Shown here: positions 49,691 through 63,404 of the stretch, piece by piece
Numbering within the stretch: the first letter of the stretch is position 1
How the letters are laid out: each line of letters begins with the position of its first letter
NCBI GenBank assembly: GCA_013239625.1
Contig: MU053376.1
Location: forward strand, 2,468,507-2,532,506
From: Lama guanicoe
Taxonomy: Eukaryota
Reading direction: 5' to 3'
Length of the DNA: 64,000 bases
Translations under genes and position numbers: made by a program
The notes under the pieces: generated by a model
The model's database searches: none
Told to the model about the DNA's origin: nothing
What the model saw: the letters and a program-made list of their open reading frames with translations, nothing else

Positions 49691-52600
49691 TTTTGATCGA
49701 ATGTAAGTGTTTTTTAATATGTATTGTCTCATTTGATTCTATTCTCGTGACAACTGCAACAGGGAAGTATTGTTATTGCTTCTGCAGGGTTCGTTCCCGT
49801 TATAAGTTCACTTTTTTAAACTCCATTTTTAAACTAAGTAACGGCAGGACTGCATATAGTTCCCTGAACAGCACAACAAAGGAAGTTAAAGGAATCAAAA
49901 TGAAATACACTGAAAAGGAAGTTGAGGTGCAGAGAGCCTGACTCCTAGTCTGCGCTCTTGGGCACTGGATGTCCTCTCTTACCCCCTGCCCTCCTCCATG
50001 CATCCACCCGTCCACCCATCCCTTTCTATTTATAAGTACTTATAGGCACAATTTCTCTTTAGGTGGGAGGTTGGATTACATAACTTCAACATTTCCTTCC
50101 TTCCAGCTCTTGGGTACTATGACGCATGTTTTAGCTTAGACTATGGGGTGATTGTTTTTCGCAGGGTGTTGGTCTTCCTGATTCAGTAGCTTGGACTTAT
50201 TTAAACATACGTTTCAGAGCTGGCATGGATCTAGGGGACAGTCCAGTTGAAGTCCCTCATTTTATGAATGAGATGAAGTGACTCACTAAAGCTCACCTGC
50301 TCCAGATTATTTTTCAAAATAATCTGAATACATGGCAAATGGTGAATAAAGACAACACTCTAGATAGGCAATGAGCAAGAGAGAATGGCGGCTGGGATTT
50401 CGAACATCACCTGTTTGTACCTCACTTGTATGTCGAGTCAGTGATGATGACGGTGGTGGTGGTGACTCCTGCAATTCATGGGCTCTCATATCAGAAGGGA
50501 TTTGGAAAGATCGTCCAATATACATTCTTGCTCCTGCTGACTAATGCTTGATTCATTCCTGAAAGATGCTTACCTTATTTTAGAAAATGCCCTAGAATTC
50601 CTGAAACCTTTTTTAGCCTCTGCCTCTTCCTGATTTTAGACAAAGTTCCTTCCTGTTATGTAAGTTTATTCTTTTTCTCCATTTTAAAAACAAATAGCTA
50701 TAGAGCAGCATATAGTTCCTTGAACCACAGCAAAGGGAAGGTAAATGAAGCAAAAAGAAGTAAACTATCTGGTTATGGGCAACAAGAAATTGATGATGAG
50801 TGGGAAGCTGGGTTTGGGGATAGACAAGCTGGAAATAGCTGGCTCAGCCTTCACCGAGATAGAAACGCCATCTTCCCTCGGATCCCTGTATTTCCAGATT
50901 CTGGGAATCATGGTGTGGGTGAAGTTGAGTCACTCGGAGAGCATGCCAAAGCCTACTTCTTACTTTGGACTTTCATCTGCAGCAAGATCTCTCCCATTTC
51001 CCCTCAGAGCTGAGCTGGGTAAGCTCTTGGCTTCCACCCCTGTCTACACTGGCTCCCTTTGAGAAGGACGAATTGAGACCCAGAAGGAACAATGCTATCA
51101 TCGATCGAATATCTATGTTAAGTCCAGGACCGAGCTTTAAATATATCACTTGTTCATCACAACAATCTCAAAAGGATGGTATTATTCCCATTTTAACTCT
51201 GAGGTTCAAAAAGTTAAAGCTGACATCCCCAGGGTTCCCTGGTTGGTAAGTGGAGGTTGGATTGAGCCCAGATCTATAAGGTCCACAGTCACTCACAGGA
51301 AGAAGAGGGCACAGGGGCACCATATCTGCATCCCTCCTTAGATTCTGATTGAGGTGGACGTGCTTTCTCATGCCCATCCCCAGGTCTCCTCCTCCTCTAG
51401 CCTGTGAACCTACAGCATCATATTCTGACAGTGTGATCCTTTTCTTCCTACACACACAATCGTGGATCAGAGGACGATGTGGTTCATCTCACATATTTAC
51501 ACATATTTAAATCTCTACCACTAGCTTTAACTCATAACAGCAAGTAGGGCCTGCTCTCCAGTCCTTCACCTGCCCTGACTTCCATGCAGTAAGCACTAAC
51601 TTTTGCACACCTATGTACCTGTAGGGTGGCATCTGCCAGACCACACTTCCCACTATGGAGGGGGGCCCCCAAGGGGTGACTGGGCCCATCCCCCAACCTC
51701 CATGTAAGGTAGCGTGTAGGCCTGTAGAACTCCCAGGGTGGCATATGCGTGGTGATTCAGAGGAGTGGCTGCCAATGCATCTGAGGGCAGAGACCCCACC
51801 ATGCCAGGCTGGGGAGGGGCCGTTCCTCTATTTGGGAGATGGTTTGTTCTCCCCCGCAGCAAGACTGCAGCAGGCAGGGTATAGCAGGGACATGAGTCCA
51901 CATGGAAGTAGGGCTGTCACTGTGCTTTTTAAAGTCAAATGAATGGCCTTTGCAAACCTCTGCCTGAAATTCCTCCAAAAGGGCTAAGAACAACACTGAC
52001 CCCACCTTCACCTCTCCCCTAGTCAGTTCAAGTTGAACAAAGAGCAATTCTATTTGGATACAAGAGGATGGGTACAATTCAGGATGGTGGACGTCCTCCC
52101 TCACTGGGTCCCCTTGACCTTCTTTAGAATGAAGACAGCTGGGTTTAGCTTTATCATCCTATTCTTGAATCTCAAAGACCATCGTTGGAGCAAAACATGC
52201 TCTTTGAAGGGTGAGGACATGGTGAAACAAGGCATCTTTAAATAACAAGGGAAAGGAGTATCTCAAATTGGGAGAACTGGGGAAACGGGCAGGATGAGGA
52301 TTCAGAGTGGGAGGGCAGGCTGTGTATACCTCTGTTTTGTCAGGGAGAGAAATCGCCTTTACCAGGGAGTGTGATTTCACAGGAGGTACTCCTGACCAAT
52401 GTGTTAGTCAGCCTTACGTGAATGTCAGGGCCCCAGATTCCTACCAAGTCTTACTTCATAGCTGGCCCCAAGTTTCTCTATTTGTCAGGGAAATTAATGA
52501 AAAATAAAGTGATCATTCCTCAGGTTGGTTCTTGAGATGCATACGAGAAGCAGTTTAACCAAACACAGCCTGTGGGGCCAGTCCCCTGGGAGGGCTTTCT

Positions 52601-54180
52601 CTCTCTGGGGGAGTCTGTGATAAGACATGGTTCGGCCAGTCGTGGGAGACCCATACAGCTGCGACAGGCCAGGTCCTCGCCCAGGGCCAAGGAGGAGGCA
52701 CCAGGCTCTTGGGCGTGTGTGTGAGCAAGTACCTAGAAACTGTCACACCCCTGCCCCACATGCCACAACAGGGTGGAGCCATCCCGTGTCCTTACCTTAA
52801 CCTTCTCATCATCTTCAGAAACACGGAGCCTCCGTATGCTGGGTCCCTAAGGACACGGCCCAGAGACGCTCAACAGACCTAAAGGGCACTTTTCCAGCAT
52901 GGTTTCTTTGATCTGCCCCTCACATCTGGGCATCTTGGACTCCAGCCAGCTCGCATCTCTGAGTAACACGAATTTCCTTAGGGGAAGCAGAGGTCGTGCC
53001 CAGCCATGTCTGACCTCCAAGCTTGTACTCACAAGCCCACACCACCTTCCCATATTACCATCTTCCGGAAAGTTCTCAAGTTGCACCATTTGGTCAGGGA
53101 ATTTCGGAGTAATAACAAGTTGTTATGCTGCTACGTTCCCAAATTAAATTTAAAAACCACAACATTAAATATGATCCTGAAAAACATTTAATCTCTGATG
53201 TTTCAGAAGACACTTTAGGGTCTTGGAGAGCTTTAGGGCTGCATCCTGGTTAATGACTCCCGCAGCTTAGGGGGCCGTGTGGGTGGGCAAAGGCACTGTT
53301 TGAGGGGAGGGGCGTGCAGCATGGGAGGGGAATCAGGAACCCCAACTCTGTTATTAAACGGCACAGTGACCACAGTGAGTCACTTCCCTTCCCTAGCCGG
53401 GGTGCACTGGGGTGTCGCTAAGGCCCCTCCCAGCTCTGACAGTCTATGAATAATTGGCAGAGAATGTATTATGCTGATTTTCCATAGGAACAGAGGAAAT
53501 TAAAAACAACTTGCAATCGTGGGGACAAGGCCTACAACAGTTCTTCGGTATTTATTTACAAATCCTCTGGGCTTGAGCCCCCATCCCACTGTTGGCCCAG
53601 CCTTGGGGTCAGTCCTGTGCAAACTGCCATCAGAAGCAGGGGAACATCAGAGTCAGGGACCATCGTAGTTTATTTACAGCATTTAACAAGTCCATGGACA
53701 AAGCCCTCCCTGGTAAAGGTGTGCCGCGTGAGCACATATCCGGCCTTCTCAAACCAACAAGAGTGCTTCTGGCATCTGTCAATTGAGAGTTTTTAATTAC
53801 AGGGATGTGTCCGACTCTTGGGACTAGGCACAGTGAGAAGACAGCAGAGGAAGAGGTAACAACACAAAACAAAACAAAAACTCCTCTTGGCCCCGGGCCC
53901 CAGTCCAGAACTGAGATGGGAATCCTGCAAAGTGTGAGCCCATCTCCACCCATGGCAGGGATTCTGGGAGACCCACATTCCCTGTGACCTGCATTTGCCT
54001 AATGTCCCTAGCACCTCCATCGTCTCATCTGACTGCTTTTCCTCAGGTTTAGCTGCCCCTCTACACTTGGTTCTGGCTAGGCTGAACTCTACCCAATATA
54101 AGAAAGTTTCCAACAAGAGCGGACTTCTGAGCAGTGACCCTCTGTGTCATATAAATAGCGTCTGTGATATATACAGCCTG

Positions 54181-54181
<1 letters not shown>

Positions 54182-54223
<42 letters not shown>
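54182..54223. repeat. (CA)n microsatellite in the presumed C1orf116 3'UTR
   Basis: Seen directly, about 240 bp past the stop codon. Confidence 0.95.
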
Positions 54224-54224
<1 letters not shown>

Positions 54225-54457
54225 CCTCCTGTGGAAACCATCTTCAGGATGATTCGTGCAGGCACTCCTCGGCACAACCACTGAGTATAAACGTATGCTC
54301 CAATCTCTCCCTCAGAGAGAAGAGGACACTGGAGAGAAGCCAACCCCTGCCCAGCCCCCGAGCTGTGAGGCGGGAAGGCTAAGTGGAGCCCCGGGTCTCT
54401 TCTTGAACAGCGAGGTGCGGGAAGGCGGCTGTGGGTGTGGTGCTGGTGGCCGGCGCC

Positions 54458-56013
54458 CTACTCCTTCAACAGGCCCAGCTTCTTCAGGGCCTCCCTTCTG
54501 TGTTCATCGGATACGCTTTTTGGCGAGATCTTGACGCTGACACAGAGGGGCCGAGGCAGCTTGTCCCGGCTCTGTCCTTGGAAAGACAGGCGTTTGGAGT
54601 GCTGCTCCTGCTCCAGGTCAGCCAGCTTGCCCACCTGGATCCCCTCGAAGTCCTTCCCGGTGCCCAGGGAGGCAGGGCGGGGCCGCGAATTACGCAAGAC
54701 GTGGGGTGACATCTGGTCCAAGAAGGAATCTTTTCCCAGAGAGGCGCTGATCTGGGGGCTGGGCGCTTTCTCAGCCGAGAGGTAGCTGCTCAGCCCCACG
54801 CCCGACCGCTCCAGCGTGTTGGACTTGAAGTTCGTCTGTCTCAGGCCAGGGGTGCTGCTCCCCTGGAGGGTCAGCCCTGAGTCTGGGTTTGGCTGCGTCG
54901 GGGGACTCTTTGCCCTCGAGGCCTTAGGGATAGGAACTGGCAGGGATTGGACTGCCGGGGCTTTCCCTGGAGTGGGTTCCTGGGCAGAAACGGAAACCTT
55001 GCCGGGAGAAGACCGCTGAGCCGGAGCCGGAGCCGGGGCTTTCAGCAGAGAAGGTCCCTGCGCAGGCGCAGGCGCAGGCGCAGGCGCCTTTCCCGCCGCA
55101 GGTGCGGCTGCGGAGACCGGAGCTGGAGCTGCGGGCCCAGCCGGGGAGGGGGCCTGAGCCCGAGTCTCCTTCAGTCTGAATGAGGGCCTGCTCAAGTGGG
55201 GGCTGGGCTCATCCCGGTCCTGCGGCAGCCCCAGCTTCTCCAGCGCTTCCCTGCGTGCCTTCCTCTGCTCCTGCAGCGAAGTGGGGGCCAGGCTGGCGTC
55301 TCCGGGGGCGGCCTCAGAGTGGCGGGACAGCCAGTTCTGGGGATCGCTGTGGAAACTGCTTCGGCTGCTCTTCAGAATGATATTTGGCGGCAGCTTCCGG
55401 GGCTTAGGGGCTGTGAGGGGAGCCAGCTGGGCATTTGGATCCCCCCGTGATGGGACGGGAGCATCTTCAGCTCTTGAATTCTGGGACGACCCAGCAGAGG
55501 GAGGCCGAGGCTGCCGCGGTGCCCCTGTCGGGCCTGTACCATTGGCCTTTTGGGACATGACCTCCGAAGCAGCCTCCCTTTTCTTCTGGGGGCTGAGTGA
55601 GGTGTGGAGCTGCGGCGTGTGGCTCTGCTCCCCTGGCCCTTTGGGCAGGCTGCCTTGCCCAGGCTGCTCCGGCCGGGTGTCCCGGAAAGCCTCTGGTGGG
55701 GGGATGAGCGCCACGTCCAGATCAAGGGCAGCGTCCTGGGGGACGGCGGGCGCCTGGCTGGGCTCTCTGCTCTGGCTGACCTGCTCTTTCTCAGGCCCTA
55801 GGACCAGCGCCTTGGGTGCCCCAGGGAGGTGGCTGTTAGTCTGGGTGGTGCTTTTCCAGAGGTTCTGGTTTCTGCCGATGTGGATATTTCTGGGGAGGCT
55901 GTAGGAGCCAGACTTGGAGCCCAGGCTCTGGGGCGCGGGTGGATGAGACAAGCTGGACGGAGGCCCTCTCCTTGGCTCTGGGCCTCGCGGAACAGTCGTC
56001 TTTTCCGGGTGTC
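54458..56013 (-). CDS. C1orf116: C1orf116/SARG large last coding exon (1556 bp); full CDS 1839 bp = 612 aa
   Basis: ctcccag|GA CAC CCG. Contains SGSYSLPRNIHI, KPRKLPPNIILKSSRSSF, ARREALEKLGL, FKSNTLERSGVGLSSYL and the C-terminal REALKKLGLLKE*. Confidence 0.97.
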
Positions 56014-57257
56014 CTGGGAGGGTCGGGAGAACAGGCGGAGAAGAGTGGGCAGTGAGAACCCTGCTGCCAGGGGGAAAGAAACTGCTTTCCAAACTCTGAT
56101 CTCCGGTTAGCAATGGATGGGTTTTGGTTTTTGTTGATTCCTCTGCTCTTACAGGGCAGCGCTCTTGTCTGGACAGCATTTAGAGTAACAGATCAATGCT
56201 AGCAGGTTCCCTTCAACCAAGGACTAGTGTTTCCTTATGTCTGGGGAAAGGGCAGCCCCAGATAGCTCTGGGTCCCTGGCTCAGGCTCTCCCTAACCCTC
56301 TACAGATGCACCAGGGTTGGCGGGGATTCGGAACAGCCCCTCTAGCTGTCCCAGGGCTCCCAGGTAACTGAGTCCAGTGGAAGCACTGAACATGAGCAGC
56401 GTCAACAGGTGATGTGCTCTGGCTTGGCCAGCCTTCTGCCTTCTCCCACCTTAACTTTCTAGAAGCACCTGGATGATTCTGTAATGGCCACAGCCGTCCC
56501 TGCACCAGAGAGTGACGTGGGCTCTTTCCTTGCAGTGAGTAAGCACATGCATCAGGCCCACTGGGCCAGGGACTCGGCACCAGGCAGCAGCAGAAGGAAG
56601 CCCCCCGTCGCCATTTACTGCTCCATTTCCATGGAGGGTCTGACACATTGTCAATACATATTCGCTAAATGAATGAATAAATGATTGTAGTCTTGATACC
56701 GATGGGGCTGTCCTCAGGAGTAAAGTGCCGCCCTCGCCCTGGGGCATGTGGTCCCACCCTTATGGCCGCACATAAGTGCCACCTTGTTCCCCATCTACTG
56801 AGCCTCAACACTGCTGGCTCTCCACACTCTCGGGGCCCTAGAGGGGCCACCCGCTAAAGTTAAGGGAGTCCTTCCCTCTTCTTATCTCCTGCAGCCTCAT
56901 CCCCTGGGTCACCCAGATTAGCTCCCCAGACTGGCTCAGGCTCTCCAGAGTCACCCCTCCCTGATTCTCTCTCTACTTCTGTGGTCATATCATTTTAGAA
57001 TTTCTCCATAAGAGGATGGGAGCCGGTCAAACCCCTTTCCCTCCCAGGCCTCTGATGTTTCATAGAAAGACATAAGAGGCTGGCATGCCAGCAATCCCTT
57101 CTTCCCTCCAGGGACAAGGCTTTCTTTTAGCCAGGAGAGTGGGGAGGAGAGTTTTTCCTTCTGCCTGCAACCCTGGGAGCAGAGGGCAAGCAAGATGGAA
57201 AGGAGGGGGCAAAATGACGTACTGCTTTTCTGGGCTTCGCTAGACAGTCTCTCTTAC

Positions 57258-57435
57258 CCTGGGGGGCGGGCTGGGTTGGAGGCAGTGCTCGGGGACCTCG
57301 GGGTGTTGTGGCTTGCTCAGACTCGTCAGTGGACAGTCCGCTGTCAGCCTCAGTGTCCAAGGAGCCAATGGTTTCCTCCAGGAAGAGCAGACACTCTTTC
57401 TCTTCAGCGGACAGGAAGTCGTAGCTGCTTTCACT
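57258..57435 (-). CDS. C1orf116: C1orf116/SARG second coding exon, 178 bp
   Basis: ctccag|AGT GAA...CAG G|gtaag. SESSYDFLSAEEKECLLFLEETIGSLDTEADSGLSTDESE... Confidence 0.96.
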
Positions 57436-58239
57436 CTGGAGGGAGGAGAGGGAGAGGATGCTGTGACAGGAAGTTCTGCAGAAACTGGCGGGGCCGGAGA
57501 ACCACCCTGCATGGGGAAAGGAATGCTGAGGAGCTGGAAAACCTCTCCACCACACTGTGCCGCAAACCTGCTGGAGCTGCTTCTTAAAACCGCAGGCACC
57601 AGGGAGAGCAGAGATTGTTGGGCTGTTGTTCCACCAGCACCTGAGAGCTGGGCAGGCAGGTGGCAAGTGCTCTTTTGTTTGCTGGATCCAGGGTGGAATG
57701 CTTTGGGGCCCAGAGGAAAGCAGTGCCAATTCTTCTGTCTGACCTATGTCAAGTATTTCACTCCGTGTGCCTCCCATTTAGTTCTAAATTATGTGGGCAA
57801 CATAATGACTTGACCTTTAACTTGAATAGTATTGCTTTTAACCTTCTGAAGTACTTCTGCATACTTGACCTGGCACGTCAAGGACAGCAAGAGGACAAAC
57901 AGGAAACACAGCCAACTACTCACTGCCAGGCAGGTGGGAACAGGGGCGTGACTAGTTACAGATAAATTTACTAAATAATTTATACTTGACTTTGAAATGC
58001 ATTCCATACAGGGTTTTTCCCCTTGTATATTTACTTTCTTGATGGCATTTGGCTCTGGCGAACATTCAGAAAAGTATTCATGTCTTAAGCAAATATTAAC
58101 TCAAGGGAGGAAGGTGGAGAAACTGGTATGGGGTTGAGTAGAAAGCAACTGAGCATTAGTATTAGATAGAAATTAAAATAAATAATTTTCACTATGAGAA
58201 AGCACATATGAGTCCTTGGGAGAAAAGGCTATGGCCCTT

Positions 58240-58353
58240 TTCTTTGTGGGGGCAGGTAATTAGGTTTATTTATTTACTTTGTTGAGGAAGGTACTGGGGA
58301 TTGAACCCAGGACCCCATGTATGCTAGGCAGACGCTGTACCACTGAGCTATAC
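58240..58353 (-). mobile_element. vic-1-type SINE in a C1orf116 intron
   Basis: ggtaattaggtttattta...ggggattgaacccaggacc...ccactgagctatac. Confidence 0.85.
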
Positions 58354-59283
58354 CAATAGGCCTTTTTAGATGGTTACTGCCCACGTTCTTCAAGGCCAGG
58401 AAGATCCAGGGAATAGTCGCTCTCCAAAGTTGAAGGCTGAAGGGAAAGCCAAAAGGGCTAATGGAAACATAGGACGTTTGGCTGAAGTCTCTTCCTGGCA
58501 TCTCCACCCCTCTTCCTAATATTTGAGACCCTTCAAAAGTGTATATTCTCTAGACCCACTCAGATGGCCAGGAAAGACCAGCCTTATGGTAACTGAGATT
58601 CAAATTCATATCCAGGAAAAGTACAGTTTATTGCATGCCACTCACAAATAGTTAACCACAGTGACTTTGGAAGATTTGCGATGTCTGCCTACAGAAAGGC
58701 CCTTTCCTGTCTATCTGGAGGCATGTGCTAAGTGCTTAACATGCATTTCATTTACTCCCTTCAAGAACCCTATGAATTCCACGTTAATATTATCCCCATC
58801 TTAAAACTGAGACTGAAGCTTAGAGAAATTAAGTAATTTGCTCAAGGACATACGGCTTATAAGTAGAGAACCCAGACTCTTGATTACTCCCTGCTCTTTG
58901 ATCTTTGTAAAAGACGGAAGTAATGCTGTTCCTTGCAGAGGGCTTCAGGAATCCACGTGCTATAAGGATTTACGTTCTAGTTCCCACCATGACCTCAGAT
59001 CATTGACCCCCATGTCTCATCTCAGCTCAACTGCCTGACCTAATAAAAACCCGGGAAAAGTCTCATTTGTCCTGTTACTCTCTGGGGTTGTTCCACCCTA
59101 TTCTCCAGAGAACCGGGGGTGACTCAGAGGCAGAAAACCAACTGGTGTGATTCACTCCTGGGCGAGGAGGATGAAAGAGAAGGAGCAGTGAGCGAGGCCG
59201 ATGGTGGGCAGGGCAGGGCACGGCAGGGCAGGGCAGGGCAGGGGTGCGGAGAGCGGGCCAGGCTGCAGACAGAGGGTACGTAC

Positions 59284-59388
59284 AGATCCCGAGCGGGTGG
59301 AAGTGACGCTCATCATGCTGTCGCAGCTGCCAACGCGGGTCACGGGTTCCGAGCCAGGCCCCGCTGGCCACAGCTCCCTCTCGGGCAT
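59284..59388 (-). CDS. C1orf116: C1orf116/SARG first coding exon (105 bp coding; exon starts at 59391)
   Basis: cag|GTG ATG CCC GAG... gives MPERELWPAGPGSEPVTRVGSCDSMMSVTSTRSGS|gta, the recognisable SARG N-terminus. Confidence 0.96.
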
Positions 59389-60574
59389 CACCTGAAGCAA
59401 GGTGCAGGGGCGGCAAAAGGGGCTTCCAGAGGGGAAGCCAAGGGAAGCGGAGAATGTCCCCAGCCGGGCCTGAAAAGAGAAGAATCAAAGCCACATGTGA
59501 GCCGAGCCAGGCTCAGGCGGGGAGACTCTGTCCAGGCCCCGGAGCAGCAGGGCAGCAGGGACACCAAGGAAGCAGAGAGCGAGAGGGGGCCATCAACAGC
59601 CACAACCCAAACCCAACCCACCCCAGCCCACACGGGGACACAGAAGCCGGATGCAGAACAACACACAAGCTGGCTCGCCAACATGCAGAAAGACAGACTT
59701 AGCAGTGGAGAAGCAGCCGAGTCAGAAAGGAGATCCCGTCATTCCTCCTAGTCACTTTTCTCTCTGAACCAGGGAGCTTAAGTTACATTTTCATCACTAC
59801 AGACAGCAAATATTACAAGGTGAATAGCTTGGGTCCTGGAGGTGGCTGGATCTGGGCTTAAATCCCAGCTCTACCATTTACAGTGATGTGACTTGGGGGC
59901 AAATTACTCTTGGAGTCTGTCCTTGCTCATTAAAGAGGGTTAATATGAGGAGTAAATGAGGACAATTAGTACAGTTTAGTTGGCAGTAAAAACTCAAACA
60001 CGGAAGGAATAAACCAGTAACCACTACTGTTCTTGTAATAAGAAAAAGACAAGTTCCATCTAGGATCAAATGAGACTGACTTAAGGGGAACAAAAATTTA
60101 GAATAAAAGTGTTCAGCTTAAATGGAAGACTAGAGCTTGAGAGAAGAAACAGAGTGCGTAATAGTACCTGCGTCATAGGGTTGTCAACGTAAAACGAAAT
60201 ACTCCATGAGGAACACTTCGTGTGGTGCACAGCCCTATAATTGCCAGCTGCTGTCCTAGCCACACCATCACCATTGTAATGACTGCTACCACCACGGCCA
60301 GCATCACCTCCATCATTTCCCTAGGCTGGGAAGTATGTGCATGACCCCAGTGGTGGGCACAAACCCAGTTTCCCCCTGGTGTATTTCCCCCTGCTGATGC
60401 TGCACTTGTTCCCAAAGAGGCTCCCCTGCCTGTGATGACTGACAAGAGCAATGTCCTAGGTCGTTTTCTCCCAACTCCAATGCATAGAGAAAGAAAAGTT
60501 TTAAGTTCATGGTGCCCATTGTAATAGCAAAGGAAGGCAGTGCCATCTTTCTTCTGAAAATCCCAGGAATTTTC

Positions 60575-60718
60575 TTTTCTTTTTAAATTTTACTTATTTA
60601 TTTATTTTTTAGGTGGAGGAAATTAGGTTTATTTATTTTAATGGAAGTACTGGGGATTGAACCCAGGACCTTGCATGCGCTAAGCACACACTCTACCACT
60701 GAGCTATAACCCTCCCCA
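60575..60718 (-). mobile_element. vic-1-type SINE
   Basis: SINE consensus. Confidence 0.85.
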
Positions 60719-63289
60719 CCTCAGGCATTTCCATACTCCTGCTTTCAGGAAAAACTCCACCAGAGTTGGAAAGGCCAGAGGTGACTCTTCTACATTAAAA
60801 TGAAATTCTAGAAGAATTAAGATTAAAAGACAATTCCAAGGTCAAGTAGGGAGCTGGGGGAGAGCTAGAATTTGAATATAGTTGGTCTGATTTTCTCCCA
60901 CAATGCCATGCTTTATTTTCTACCATCTACCCTACCCTTTGGATACTAGGTAAAATGTCCTGGAAAACTGTGTTTCATTTGAGATCTTGAGGCTTGGGGT
61001 TTGGATTCCAGAGCAGATTGTCTCCGGGCCTCTGTCAATAACTGCTTCCAGTGCCAAAGTCAGGTCTGGGCTGTGCTGGGTGAGTCAGCGCGCCAACCAC
61101 ATAGGGTTGACAAGCGCAAGGCCTCCCGGAGCTCCTCTGCTGCTTGGGAGGTGGCCTTCAAGTGGGGCAGGTAGGGAGGGGCCGGACAACCGGGAAGGAA
61201 GTGGGAAGATCCCTTATGGCCCAGACACGTGTAGCTCATAAGGGTCCAGAGCCTCTCAGGAGAGAGAGAGGGAACCAGAGGGGACAGTGGTACCAAAAGA
61301 AGCCCAGTGATAAATCAACATTGGGTTGCTAGCTCCTGGGGTCCCTTCATAAGGTTGGTTCCCCATTACCCAGAACCGCAAAGAAACAGAAACATGGAAA
61401 GTCAAGTGGATAAAGCTGTCATCTCAGCTATCCTCTCCATTAATGACTGTTAAGTACGAACTCATTCCTGACATTCTGTGGGGTTGAGACCATTCATTCA
61501 AGCAAAGAGGATTCGTCTCTCATACGTCCAGGTACACAGAAGGCACTCAAAAAATGCCGGATGAATAAACTTGTCATTCATCCTAGTGTCTACCAAGTTG
61601 AGCTGTTGCAAGTATTCTTTTTTGGCTTCTACCCTATTCCTGTAAGCTCTTTCTTAAACATTTTATTTCCTGGAGAATATGTGGCTTGATGGAGTTAGGG
61701 CAATGCTGTTAGTTACACTTACATTTATAAGCAGTTAATAGGCATGGGAAATGCAAAATTTATTAAGACAAAAGTATTGTTTCCAAGAAATCAGTGTAGA
61801 TCCAAGGGTGTAATTTTTGGGCTCTAGTTTTCTTATGTGTAAAATTGGGGCAGTAAATACTCAAAGTGACTCACTGTAATTAACAGAATATTTATTCTCT
61901 GTGAAGGGGTGAGCAGGCTCTGCCTTTTCCTTTTAGAGAAAATGACTACCCCTGTTTTTCCAAGCACTCTTCGACTTTACAATGGTTTGCTAGCCTCTCC
62001 TTCCTCCCAGGGCAGCCTGTCACACTCTTGCTTTGGAACCAAGAATGGCCCAAAGCAGCTGGAAGACACAGAAGCAATATGAATAGCATTGCTTCAAAAA
62101 ACATAGCAGGGTACCGATTACAATGTGCTTTTAGAGATGCTAATTAGGTCTTTAAAATAACCTGATGCCTTAGGCAAGATGTGACATTTTCCCCATTTGA
62201 CAGATGAGAAAGCTGGGGCTCTTTTTACTTCCCCTTCCTATGGGAAGTAGGGAATGCTCTGTAACTGCATCAGCGGGGCAGCCTGTGGATCGCGGCCCCT
62301 CTAGAGGGCATCTCAGAGACTGTCCGGATGCAAGACAGCCATGTCCCTAAAGAAGGACCACGGGCCATCCCTGATTAAACACTGAAAGCCCTAAGATCAT
62401 CCTTCTCTGTCAGCTCTATGTTTCCAGGCCAGCTTTTTGTCTCAACAGAGTAAAGAAATCCCACCAAACGCCACTGAAGCCCGTGTCATCGGCAGGACAT
62501 TAGCGCTGCAGAGACGAATCTGAATCTGAGACAGAAGCTGGATGAGCCCTAAGGTGCTCATGCCTCACCTCCATACCTAGTGTTCTGACCTCAAAAGTTT
62601 GAACCCTGAAAACGTCTTCTCTTCTTCCCACTGCCCCTCCCCCTTTCCTTCATCCGTTGGACCAGAAATAGATGCTGCATTTCCTTCCACCGACTTTACA
62701 ACCTTGAAACTTGGGGACTATCTCAGGATGGCCATCGAAACCTTAGGCATTTCTACTTGATAAGAAGCCTGAGCAATGAGCAAAACACTCAAGGTGAGAG
62801 TCTGGTATCTTTTAATCCTTGACCTCTTTGGGCAACTTGAGGAGGGGCGGAATGGACTAAGAAGTGTGCACAGCCTACATCAAGGCCACCCAGGCAAAGG
62901 CCCATTAAATATTAACTACTCGCTGAAACCAGCCCAGCCTCGGAGGAGAGTAAATACATGACATGTGGCATTCTGGCATCTGGAGAGGGTGGGGTGGGGA
63001 GAGGGCTCCAGCCCCACTCCAGTGTGGCTCCTTTGTACCTTCTGAACAGGCCCACGACCCCCTTGTTGCCCTCCTTCCGTGAGCCCACCCCAGTAACTTC
63101 CAAGAGTTCAGCCTCTCTCCCTCAGTGGTCAAAGAGGTCTCCTGTTTCTCTTATGCCAGATGGCTCTGCTTTTTGCTGACCACCCAGAAATGTGCCTTGA
63201 GCTGGAGGACATCCTAAGACAAATGTCAGGAACACAGATCATTCTCCATGAGCACACGGGCAAGTTTTGATGTGTGTTTAAGCAACATT

Positions 63290-63404
63290 CTTTTTTTAAA
63301 AAATTTTTAAACATTTATTTATTTTAATGGAAGTACTGGGGATTGAACCCAGGACCTCTTGCATGCCAAGCACGCATTCTACGACTGAGTTATACACTCC
63401 CCCC
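63290..63404 (-). mobile_element. vic-1-type SINE
   Basis: SINE consensus with degenerate TSD gcaacattct / gcaatgttct. Confidence 0.8.

Noticed and set aside
53551..53556. AATAAA (-) as the C1orf116 poly(A) site
   Set aside because: Several candidates exist (about 53551, 53669, 50665); cannot choose without transcript data.
55281..55904. 207-aa plus-strand ORF and other ORFs over C1orf116, including 59119-59751
   Set aside because: Antisense or alternative frames of GC-rich coding sequence.
59600..60300. Androgen response element reported in human SARG intron 1
   Set aside because: Only half-sites were seen (AGAACA ~59655, TGTTCT ~60028); no full direct-repeat element could be supported.
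62293..62310. Quasi-palindromic CTCF-like motif cccctctagagggca
   Set aside because: Partial core match only; not enough support.
1803..63404. Seven of eight SINEs on the minus strand
   Set aside because: Small sample; two-sided binomial p is about 0.07.
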